A DNA stretch of 64,000 nucleotides from Acidobacteriota bacterium. Lineage in GTDB: Bacteria > Acidobacteriota > CAIWXX01. Below, piece after piece: positions 1 to 8,166 of this stretch. The position numbers were made by a program, and so were the translations under genes. Where the stretch lies: NCBI GenBank assembly GCA_040755995.1, contig JBFMAF010000032.1, positions 321,306 through 385,305 on the forward strand. The letters run 5' to 3'. Position 1 is the stretch's first letter; every line of letters starts with the position of its first letter. A model generated the notes under the pieces. The model did not search any database. It saw only the letters and a program-made list of their open reading frames with translations, and was not told where the DNA came from.

Positions 1-711
1 ATCGCGCTGGCAGCTCGTTCGAAAAGTGGATTGAACGATGTAGCAACACGCCTAATCGAACTGGGGACCAAGGCTCTGGTGATGCCCATCGATCTCAGAG
101 AATCATCCCAACGCGAAAACCTTGTCGCCGATGTCCTGAGCAAATTTGGAAAAATCGACGTGCTGGTGAACAATGCCGGACTGGAAACTGAAGGTGCCTA
201 CGCAGAATTGTCTTGGCCTGCCATACGGGATACTATTGAAGTGAATCTCATTGCGCCCATGGCCCTCGCACGCCTTGTTCTCCCAGAAATGCTCGAAAGG
301 AAAGAGGGGCACATAGTGAATATAGCTTCCATCGCAGCCAAGAGCGGGGCTCCCTATGCTGCAACATACTCTGGAACAAAGGCCGGACTGGCTGAATGGA
401 CACGTGCGCTCCGTTTGGAACTGGCTGGCACAGGAGTTCATCTTTCAACGATCTTTCCTGGTTACGTCAGGGAAGCCGGAATGTTTGCGAAGTTTGGAAT
501 GCAGTCCCCTTGGATTGTCGGATCATGCGCTCCTTTTCAGGTTGCAGAAGCGGTAGTAAGTGCAATTGAGAAAGGCAGGGTGGAAAGAATCATCAACTCA
601 CGCCCACTGCGTTACTCATTTATGTTAAATGAGCTGTCACCGACAATAGGCGATTGGCTGATGCGTATTTCTGGAGTTGTTGATTTCCAGCGGCGAAAGG
701 TGGGTAAATGA
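1..711 (+). CDS. Short-chain dehydrogenase/reductase (SDR), 5' end outside window
   Basis: Frame open from base 1 (IALAARSKSGLNDVA...); NNAG motif and YSGTK (YxxxK) catalytic motif; N-terminal TGxxxGxG motif absent because the gene starts upstream; visibly more AT-rich than the bulk window. Confidence 0.93.
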   Translation: MALAARSKSGLNDVATRLIELGTKALVMPIDLRESSQRENLVADVLSKFGKIDVLVNNAGLETEGAYAELSWPAIRDTIEVNLIAPMALARLVLPEMLERKEGHIVNIASIAAKSGAPYAATYSGTKAGLAEWTRALRLELAGTGVHLSTIFPGYVREAGMFAKFGMQSPWIVGSCAPFQVAEAVVSAIEKGRVERIINSRPLRYSFMLNELSPTIGDWLMRISGVVDFQRRKVGK

Positions 712-715
712 GGCC

Positions 716-832
716 GCCTACCGAATCGCCGAAGCTGACGCCCGGCAGGCCGACTCCGAGCTGCACATCCCCAAGGTATGAGATGGCGCGCTATCGCTGC
801 TGCGGCGCCGAAGCGTGAGCACCACGCTAGGG
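716..832 (+). mobile_element. Degenerate integron attC-like site
   Basis: Starts 5 bp after the SDR stop: GCCTACC...GAAGCTGACGCC and GGCGCCGAAGCGTGAGC...GCTAGGG resemble RYYYAAC/L''...L'/GTTRRRY boxes, with mismatches in both core triplets. Confidence 0.4.
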
Positions 833-999
833 CACTGACGATCGAAAGCAACATGGACAAGCGCAAGCGGCCAGGGATCCGCATTCGATCCCGCGAAGCC
901 GAGCCCCCCATCATGGGGACCGGCCCAGGCCCCGACACGGCGCTGAAGCGGATTCGCTTACACGGCACGCCACGATCTCTGAACGATTCGAGGGAACGA

Positions 1000-1022
1000 G
1001 GGAGCCCCGCGGCGGGGCTCCC
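1000..1022 (-). terminator. GC-rich hairpin downstream of the sigma/peptide unit
   Basis: GGGAGCCCCGC-G-GCGGGGCTCCC perfect inverted repeat; only a weak U-tract follows. Confidence 0.5.
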
Positions 1023-1048
1023 GACACAATCGGCCAGATGACAGCGGC

Positions 1049-1138
1049 CTACTTCCCCCGCTTCTTCGGCATCTTCTTCGTATTCTGGGCCTTCGCGGGA
1101 GGAAGGCAGCCACATCCGCAGCTCGACTTCTTCTGCAT
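1049..1138 (-). CDS. 29-aa Cys/Lys-rich small protein MQKKSSCGCGCLPPAKAQNTKKMPKKRGK (below the ORF-track cutoff)
   Basis: Manual translation; strong SD AAAGGAGGTG overlapping the sigma-factor stop codon; ATG at 1138, TAG at 1049-1051; hairpin follows. Confidence 0.7.
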   Translation of the reverse strand: MQKKSSCGCGCLPPAKAQNTKKMPKKRGK

Positions 1139-1143
1139 CGAAT

Positions 1144-1794
1144 TCACCTCCTTTCGGTGTTTGATCGCTCCTGCCGGGCGCGTCGGCATCCGCAGACGCA
1201 TCGCTTTGCGAAGCCGCGCGGCAGGCGGAATTCCTGGAGGGTCTTCTCGGCCATCCCGACGATCCGTCTCTGCAGCTCCTTCTTCGCGTCGTGGAGCCGC
1301 TTTCTGAGAGTGCTTTCTTTAAGACCAAGGAAGCGTGCCGCTTCAGCCGTGGAGGTCCCCTCGAGGTAGCAGAGCAGGACAGGGATGCGGCGTGCATCCG
1401 ACAAGGAAAAGAGGATTCGCCGAACCCTGGAGCCAAAGACGTCTCGCTCGCGCCTCTCGGTGGTTGACTCCGGTGCGGGCACCGGGGCGTGCCGCAGCTT
1501 CTCGACGTCCTCGATTGCGACAAAGCGCCGCTGTTGCCTCCGCCACGCAATCGCCCTGTTTCGCGTTATTGTCCGCAACCATGACGGGAACGCCTCGGCT
1601 GACCGAAGCTCCTTCAGGGCGACGTAGGCCGTGACGAAGACGTCCTGCGCGATGTCCTGGGCCGCCACATGATCCCTGGTGACCTGCAACGCCAGTGCAT
1701 AGACGAGGTACCGGTACTTGCTGATGATCTCGCCGTACGCGGCGGAGTCCCCGGTGGCGGCCCTTTTCAAGAGCTCCTTCTCCTTTTCGGTCAT
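1144..1794 (-). CDS. ECF RNA polymerase sigma factor with C-terminal CVCGC extension
   Basis: Region 2 (AQDIAQDVF...FPSWLRTITRN) and region 4 (LSDARRIPVLLCYLEG...TLRKRLHDAK) motifs; SD AAGGAGGT before ATG 1794. Confidence 0.93.
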   Translation of the reverse strand: MTEKEKELLKRAATGDSAAYGEIISKYRYLVYALALQVTRDHVAAQDIAQDVFVTAYVALKELRSAEAFPSWLRTITRNRAIAWRRQQRRFVAIEDVEKLRHAPVPAPESTTERRERDVFGSRVRRILFSLSDARRIPVLLCYLEGTSTAEAARFLGLKESTLRKRLHDAKKELQRRIVGMAEKTLQEFRLPRGFAKRCVCGCRRARQERSNTERR

Positions 1795-1818
1795 TCTCAC
1801 GACCTCCTTCATCCAATA

Positions 1819-1846
1819 TAGATGCCAGGGTGCCTCAAATGTTACC
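1819..1846 (-). promoter_or_regulatory. Putative ECF-type (autoregulatory) promoter GGTAAC-N16-CATCTA
   Basis: AAC -35 and CATCTA -10 motifs with 16-nt spacer just upstream of the ECF gene. Confidence 0.5.
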
Positions 1847-1949
1847 AGCGATCAGCGTACGACATGCACGTCCTCCGGCGTGGGCCGGCATTCCGGGGGG
1901 TGCGCGCTGCGACCGGCATGGTTCCGAACACGGAGATCCCTATTATGAG

Positions 1950-2328
1950 CAATCATTCCCAGGTTTTGAAGCGTGGCCGCCACATCGGGATGATCCGGGC
2001 CCAAGGCCTTCTCTCGAATCGCGAGCGCGCTTTCCAGGAGAGCCGTTGCCTGTTGGTAGAGGCCGAGCCTCCAATACACGACGCCGATCGTGTACTGGAG
2101 ACGCGCCTTGACGAGCGGCTGATCCCCCAGTTCTGTTTCGAGCTTCCGAGCGCCCTTGTCCAGGAGCTCCCGTGCCGTGACAGTGTTCCCCTTGCTCTCG
2201 TTGGGATCGCTCACTTTGAATATGCCCACAAGGAACTCGGAGACTCGCTCCGCCGTTTCGGCTTCCAGCTTTGCCTCTTCAGCCTCGTGTTTTGCTCGCC
2301 AGGTCTGGATGGTCAGGGCCGTGGACAA
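1950..2328 (-). pseudogene. Fragment of a Ser/Thr kinase-TPR protein (post-membrane TPR region only)
   Basis: FLVGIFKVSDP...TARELLDKGA...LAIREKALGPDHPDVAATLQNLG is typical of kinase-TPR proteins; no kinase domain; similarity stops abruptly after about one TPR pair. Confidence 0.65.
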
Positions 2329-2377
2329 TTGGCCTTGATCTGATGCCGATCAATGGGCACTACGCAGGAATTATCGT

Positions 2378-4564
2378 CTACTTTTTCTGCCGCAGCGAGC
2401 CCGTGACATTTTTCACGAAATCGCAGATACCACTGAGCCGCGCTTCCATGATGTCCAGGTTTGGACTCGAGAGCAGCGAAAAGCCGATCGGGCACTCGAC
2501 CGAATACGAGCAAATAGTCTTCCTTTTATTATTGCGGTTATTCCTCAGTGCAATCTCAAGTACCGACTTGCCCCCATTCATGACATTGCGAATCGTGAAG
2601 CTGATCTCGGCAATATTTTCATTGCCGCCGTTCTGGGCGCTTTGCCAGAAGTATTTCCTGCCTGAGAAGGCGCTATCGGTTATCAGCAGCTTCTGGTTTC
2701 GGTTTTTCAGCAGGTCAGATACCGCTTCGATGTTGAGGTTTATTCCCTGCTCGGAATCAAGCTTACGCTTCAACTCGTCGAGCGGCAGGCTCAGAAAGAT
2801 CCGCCAGAAGTATGCGGCGCAGAGATTGTCTGTTCGTGCATCTTCAATTGCATTGTCGCCGAATTCGTTCATGCCCTTGGAAGACGGGATGATGAAATCA
2901 AGCCTGCTGAGGTAGTAGCTCGGGGCTGTCGATGAAGATGATGATTCGGGTCTCGACGCAGCCTCTGGCCCGCCGGGCGTGCCACTCGCCTGGATCTTTG
3001 GCTGGCCGGCCGGCGTGGTCTGGGCGGCCGGCTTTTCGGAAGATAGTGCAGGCGTCGCCACCTCGGATTCTACAGGTGTAGAAGGAGCGGTCGCAGCCGG
3101 CTGCTCCGTGTTGGGAGCGGCCGTCACCAGACGAAACCCGATCGTCTTGCCTCCATCTTCCGCCACTTCAGTGTCACGGCAATACGAACGCATGTAATAA
3201 GCGGACTGGTCCCAGTAAGCTCCCCTGAGCATCCGATAATCGTCGTCTCCACCGGTCCAGGCCGAGCCGTCGGCAGGGGCGTTCTTGTAGTCGTCATGCC
3301 ACGCGTCCTCGCACCACTCGGACACGTTCCCGTATATGTCGTACAGACCCCATGGATTGGGCCGCCGCTGTCCAATCGGATGCGTGGTTTTCGATGAATT
3401 CTCCTCGAACCACGCGTACTCCCCCATGCTCCTCTCGGAGTTGCTGAAACTGTAGTTCGCGTCCGTACCGGCCCTGCAAGCATATTCCCACTCGGCTTCC
3501 GTCGGCAGCCGCAGCGCCTTCTCCCCTGCCAGCCCGAGGCGCTGATTGAGGGCAGCCAGGAACTTCTGGCAGGTTTCCCAGCTGACCGTTTCCACCGGGA
3601 GGCTGTCGCCCTTGAACTTCGAGGGGCTCGTGCCCATCACCGCTTTCCACTGAGCCTGCGTCACCTCGTACTTGCCCATCCAGAACGCGCGGCCGATGGT
3701 AACCTTGTGACGGGGTTGCGATGATTCATCGTCCAACTCATCGGCAGAACCCATCATGAAGCTGCCATTAGGTATGTAGACCATTTCGATTGCAGCGGTG
3801 TCGGATAACCCGATCTTCTTTTCCCATTTGCCATCCGAATTGATAGCGCAATCGGCTTCGGGCTGCGGAAGCTTTCCAGTGTCAGACAGCGCACCGGCAG
3901 CCACTGCATCCGGATCTGAGATTTTCACGCTCGCGGTGCTCCCGGCCTCCCTCATCATCCCGCTCAACTCCTCGAGGTACTGCACTGCGCTCGCGCGGGC
4001 AAGTTGAAGGAAGACCGGCTTCAATTTCGGATCGGCCGTGTCTGGAAACATCGACTGAGCATCCTCTGAGGCAACTTCTGTCCAGACTTCAGTCTCCAAC
4101 CCCGACGGGCTGACGATCCGCCATCTCGTTTCCATCTTGACCCGCTTCTTGAATCCGACGGCCACGCCCAGCCTGGCTTCGATTTCCATGCAGGCGTAGA
4201 GATCGTTCTCACCGGCGTCGGCGGCCAAGGTCGCCGATTCCTTATCCTTTGATTCTCTCAGGCTCTCCGGTGCAGGGATCTGGAAGGCGCCGGATTCGCC
4301 CAGAATGCTCCTAAAAATCGCCACAACCTCTTCAGATAGCTGCTGGCTGTATGGCGAATCCGCACGGCTGGAATTGATAGCACGGCCCATGAGCCCCAGC
4401 CAGAACACCATCTCGTTCTTGCCGGCATCTGCACCCTTCAGCCCGAACGCGCAAAGGCCAACTTTCTTGTCCGGCCCCAGATCGCGCATGATCTTGTCTT
4501 CATCCGAGCCGCCCCAAGCGAGGCTCGCGCAGAACGCGACTGTGATAGAAGCAAACAACCTCAT
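2378..4564 (-). CDS. Exported FGE-sulfatase (SUMF1/formylglycine-generating-enzyme-like) domain protein
   Basis: Signal peptide; MGKYEVTQAQW, RLPTEAEWEYACRAG, NPWGLYDIYGNVSEW and GFRL motifs; Pro/Ala/Ser linker; unrecognised N- and C-terminal domains. Confidence 0.88.
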   Translation of the reverse strand: MRLFASITVAFCASLAWGGSDEDKIMRDLGPDKKVGLCAFGLKGADAGKNEMVFWLGLMGRAINSSRADSPYSQQLSEEVVAIFRSILGESGAFQIPAPESLRESKDKESATLAADAGENDLYACMEIEARLGVAVGFKKRVKMETRWRIVSPSGLETEVWTEVASEDAQSMFPDTADPKLKPVFLQLARASAVQYLEELSGMMREAGSTASVKISDPDAVAAGALSDTGKLPQPEADCAINSDGKWEKKIGLSDTAAIEMVYIPNGSFMMGSADELDDESSQPRHKVTIGRAFWMGKYEVTQAQWKAVMGTSPSKFKGDSLPVETVSWETCQKFLAALNQRLGLAGEKALRLPTEAEWEYACRAGTDANYSFSNSERSMGEYAWFEENSSKTTHPIGQRRPNPWGLYDIYGNVSEWCEDAWHDDYKNAPADGSAWTGGDDDYRMLRGAYWDQSAYYMRSYCRDTEVAEDGGKTIGFRLVTAAPNTEQPAATAPSTPVESEVATPALSSEKPAAQTTPAGQPKIQASGTPGGPEAASRPESSSSSTAPSYYLSRLDFIIPSSKGMNEFGDNAIEDARTDNLCAAYFWRIFLSLPLDELKRKLDSEQGINLNIEAVSDLLKNRNQKLLITDSAFSGRKYFWQSAQNGGNENIAEISFTIRNVMNGGKSVLEIALRNNRNNKRKTICSYSVECPIGFSLLSSPNLDIMEARLSGICDFVKNVTGSLRQKK

Positions 4565-4838
4565 AAACCCTCCAGGCCTCAGCCCGATATGGCTGCAGGC
4601 CGCGTTTCGCCATTCTGAAGAATGCTACAAATGTAGTGAGATGCCGGCGCTTTTCAGTGCGCTGACAGCCATCGGATTGTTGAATATGAACAAGGCACGA
4701 CCAAGAACTAGCACCACGAGGCTGCTGATGTCAAGTTGCGCGGTGAGAGAGAGCAGACAGGCGCTCGCCGCCGTCGCCTAGCATTACGCATCGAATAGCG
4801 GCCGCAGCCGAACGGACCCCATGCGACATTTCACCGCG

Positions 4839-5012
4839 TCACTCAGACCTGACCGCCTGGATGAACATACGCTCACTGTCGGCGGAGTATGGTTCGTGAA
4901 GGTGTCCCCCCTCCGGGCTGGCTATCTGCAGCCCGGCCTGCCTGAGCATCAACTCAATCTCGCCCCTGAAGATGGGGCGCCAGCATAAGGAATAACGACG
5001 CCGCTGGACAAA
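4839..5012 (-). pseudogene. C-terminal remnant of a class I SAM-dependent methyltransferase
   Basis: RPIFRGEIELMLRQAGLQIASPEGGHLHEPYSADSERMFIQAVR matches the typical methyltransferase tail; no SAM-binding motif upstream. Confidence 0.5.
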
Positions 5013-5278
5013 ACCACGAGAATCGCCGAGGCCGCAGCCAAAGTGACCAAGGCAGACTCCATTCCATACGTTGTGCACCTGTCGAGCATTGGTGCCGGCC
5101 TGAAGAGTGGCCACGGATACGCCACGATCGCCTCGGAGGTGGAGCGGCGAAGTTCGGCGCCGCCAGCTGTGAGCTGTGTCGCCAAGCCTCACAAGGCAGC
5201 CATCGGGCGGCTTTCTGCCCCGATTGCTATCCTTTGCAGTCCTCCCGGGCGGGGCGCGCCTACTGGCGCGACGCGTCG

Positions 5279-7789
5279 CTACGGTGCGATGGTACCGGCG
5301 CTTCTCGTCTCCGAGGCAACCGCTACGTTCTTTCCGGATGCCTTGGCGCGCTGCATCGCCTTGTCAGCCAACTCGATGAGATCGGCCTTGCTCAGCCCCG
5401 GCCGATACTGGCATATGCCGATGCTCGCCGTGACCGCCAGGTCCTTCTTGCCGTACACGATTGCGTGGGACGCGATCTTCCTCCTCAGCCTTTCCGCGAT
5501 TATCCGCGCCTGTTCCAGATTCGTCGACGGCAGGATCACCGTGAACTCCTCGCCACCGTACCTGCAGGCGATGTCCACGGCCCGCGTCACAGTCCTCAGA
5601 GCGATAGCTACCTCCCGCAACACAATGTCACCCACCTGATGCCCGTAGGCGGCATTGAACCTCTTAAAGTCGTCCAGGTCGAGGAAGAGGAGACTCAAGG
5701 GCAGGTTGTACCGCGAAGAGCGGGCGATCTCACGATCCAGTGCCTCCTGGAAGTACCTGTGCACGTACAACCCTGTGAGCCCGTCCGTGATCGACAGCTC
5801 GAGGATCTTCTGATACCGCTCGGCGTTCACGATCGCCGTCGCAAGATGCTCGCAGAAGCTGTGGGCGAGATAGAACTCCTCTGAACTGAAGACATGCCGG
5901 TCATGCTTGTCGGTGAGGTTCAGAACTCCGATGATCCGCTCCTGATGGCGCAGCAATATGTTCAGGAAGGACTTGGTCGCATACTGAGGCTTGTTTGGAA
6001 TGCTCAGCTCCGTCTCGATGTCCGCCACGTAGACCGACCGGTTCAGGCTGATCACCTTCTTCATCAGGACGTTGTCGTCCACGCTCACGGTCATTCCGTC
6101 ACCCTCGTCCAGATACGGAAGGTTGTGCACCATCAGCTCGAGCGTGTTTTCCTGTGGATGATAGAAGAAGACGGAGCAGAGACGGCATCCGATCAGATCG
6201 GGTAGCTGCTTCACCACCGCCGAAAGGATCTTCTTCCTGTCGAATGTGGCGTTGAGCTCGCGGCTCAGACTATTCAGATTCAGAAGCAGATTATGCGCAC
6301 TGCTCTTCTGTCGGAATAACTCGGCGTTCTTGATCGTGTACCCCACCTGATCGGCGATCTTGCCGAACACGTCGATATCCGACTTGTCGAACTGGTTGAG
6401 CTTGCGGCTCTCCAGATTCAGGACCCCGACGATTTCCTGATCGCACCTTATCGGGAGCGTCAGCTCCGACTTCGTATCCAGAAAGGCCTCCTTGTACCTG
6501 CTTTCCGCGGTCGTGTCATTGCTCAGGAAGTAGTCGCCGGTGCGGGCGACATGACCTACGATACCCTCGCCGGCGCCGGTCTTGTCTCCCACCTGCTGAT
6601 CCCGCATCTCCTCGCCCGCAAAGGCCACCAACTCCAGTTGCTGCGACCGCTTTTCGAACGAATACAGTGAGACGTGATGGAACCGGTACACGTCATAGAT
6701 CAAGCTGGCGATGTCGTCGGTGAACTTCCGGAAATCGAAGCTCTGGAGAGGAACCAGCCCGATCCGGTGAATGACCTCGATGTGCCGGTCCCTCTTGCTC
6801 TCTCTCTGGAAGGCGAACGCGTCGGTGACGACCGTCGACAGCTGCTCGCTGATCGCCTCCAGCACCTGCAGGTCCTTCTTGTCGAAGCCGGCGCTCCCCA
6901 CATTCCCGACGTATATGGCTCCAATCGGCGTGCCCCCCGCGGCAATCGGAATGCACATCTCGGATTCAGCCTCCGCCACCACTCGAGCGGCCAGGGGAGA
7001 GCCATCCCGGGAAGGGACCATCAACGCCCGCCGCTCTGAGAACGCACGCGCAACTATGTTGTCATCCACGGGGAGCTCGCAACCGTGTGGTGCAGCGGGG
7101 TCGAGGGTCGCACTCGCAATGACTCCGAGCTTCTGTTCCTGCTCATCCTGCAGGAATATCAGGACATGGTGGAAGTTGAAGAACTCCACAATCGAGCTGG
7201 CTACGGTCTGGAGCAGCTTGTCGACCTCCTGCCTGGCCGAGAGCCGGTTGCGGATCTGATTCAGGACCTCGAGCTGGCTGAGCCTCTTCCTCTCCGACTC
7301 GAAGATCAATGCGTTGTGAAGCGCCATTGCTATGTGAGATGCGAACACGCACAGCACCTTGAAGTCGTCCTCGGTGAACGAGTAGACCTTCTGGCTCTCC
7401 ACGTCGAGCACTCCGTAGAGCTGGTCGTTGACCAGGAGCGGGATCGCTATCTCCGACCTTGCCCCCTCTACGCCGGGCACATATCTCGGATCAGCGGAAG
7501 TGTCGGGAACAAACAGAGGCTCTCTGTTCCTTGCCACGAACCCGGTCACACCGTGACCGCCCACGGACGTGCGGAAGCGCCTGATCATGTCCTGTTTGTA
7601 GCCGGCAGCAGCCGCAATGTAAAGCTCCTCGGACTTGGGCTCGAAGAGCAGCACAGCCGAGTTGTCGCAGCCGAAGGTATCGTGCATGATCTCCAGCACC
7701 TGCTTCAGCAGGACGTTGATGTCCAGGAGCGTGAGAATGGACTGGTTCAGCCTGTACATGGCCTCCAGTTTTTCAAGCCGCTTCTGCAT
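5279..7789 (-). CDS. Multi-GAF (about 4) diguanylate cyclase
   Basis: Repeated GAF motifs (SEIAIPL...GVLDVES; SELTLPI...GVLNLES); C-terminal RYGGEEF with RAVD I-site; SD GGAGGG before ATG 7789. Confidence 0.93.
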   Translation of the reverse strand: MQKRLEKLEAMYRLNQSILTLLDINVLLKQVLEIMHDTFGCDNSAVLLFEPKSEELYIAAAAGYKQDMIRRFRTSVGGHGVTGFVARNREPLFVPDTSADPRYVPGVEGARSEIAIPLLVNDQLYGVLDVESQKVYSFTEDDFKVLCVFASHIAMALHNALIFESERKRLSQLEVLNQIRNRLSARQEVDKLLQTVASSIVEFFNFHHVLIFLQDEQEQKLGVIASATLDPAAPHGCELPVDDNIVARAFSERRALMVPSRDGSPLAARVVAEAESEMCIPIAAGGTPIGAIYVGNVGSAGFDKKDLQVLEAISEQLSTVVTDAFAFQRESKRDRHIEVIHRIGLVPLQSFDFRKFTDDIASLIYDVYRFHHVSLYSFEKRSQQLELVAFAGEEMRDQQVGDKTGAGEGIVGHVARTGDYFLSNDTTAESRYKEAFLDTKSELTLPIRCDQEIVGVLNLESRKLNQFDKSDIDVFGKIADQVGYTIKNAELFRQKSSAHNLLLNLNSLSRELNATFDRKKILSAVVKQLPDLIGCRLCSVFFYHPQENTLELMVHNLPYLDEGDGMTVSVDDNVLMKKVISLNRSVYVADIETELSIPNKPQYATKSFLNILLRHQERIIGVLNLTDKHDRHVFSSEEFYLAHSFCEHLATAIVNAERYQKILELSITDGLTGLYVHRYFQEALDREIARSSRYNLPLSLLFLDLDDFKRFNAAYGHQVGDIVLREVAIALRTVTRAVDIACRYGGEEFTVILPSTNLEQARIIAERLRRKIASHAIVYGKKDLAVTASIGICQYRPGLSKADLIELADKAMQRAKASGKNVAVASETRSAGTIAP

Positions 7790-8166
7790 CACGTTCCCTC
7801 CATGACGGAATCGCCGTGGCATTCGACGGTTTCCCCGCCCCGGTCCACGGCACCTGGCACCATCCGCGATCGCGACGCCGTCGCGCTAACGCCGCGCTAC
7901 ACCTCGATGAAGCACCTACGGTCTGGATGTGGTTTGAATCACCTTGATCATGGCGAGGATAGCGCTGCACGCGACGGCTGTCAACGTCTGCCCGGCGAGC
8001 AGGTGCGCAGGGGCCTAACGGATCTGGCTTAGGCCATGGCTGGGGCCCCTGAGTCGGCCCTCCCCCGGAACCCCCACGCGCACAGAGGACGACTTGGCGC
8101 GCTGATCATGTCGTCGCCCCCAAAATCCGTTGCGCGCCCGCAGCGGGCTCGGTGAGCTGTTGCCTG

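Noticed and set aside
612..1550. 312-aa minus-strand ORF overlapping the sigma factor
   Set aside because: Alternative frame with low-complexity Arg/Ser/Pro composition; the sigma factor and the 29-aa ORF explain the region
8012..8035. GGCCTAAC...TTAGGCC as an attC site
   Set aside because: Only 24 bp with no L boxes; more likely a simple hairpin downstream of the ABC binding-protein gene
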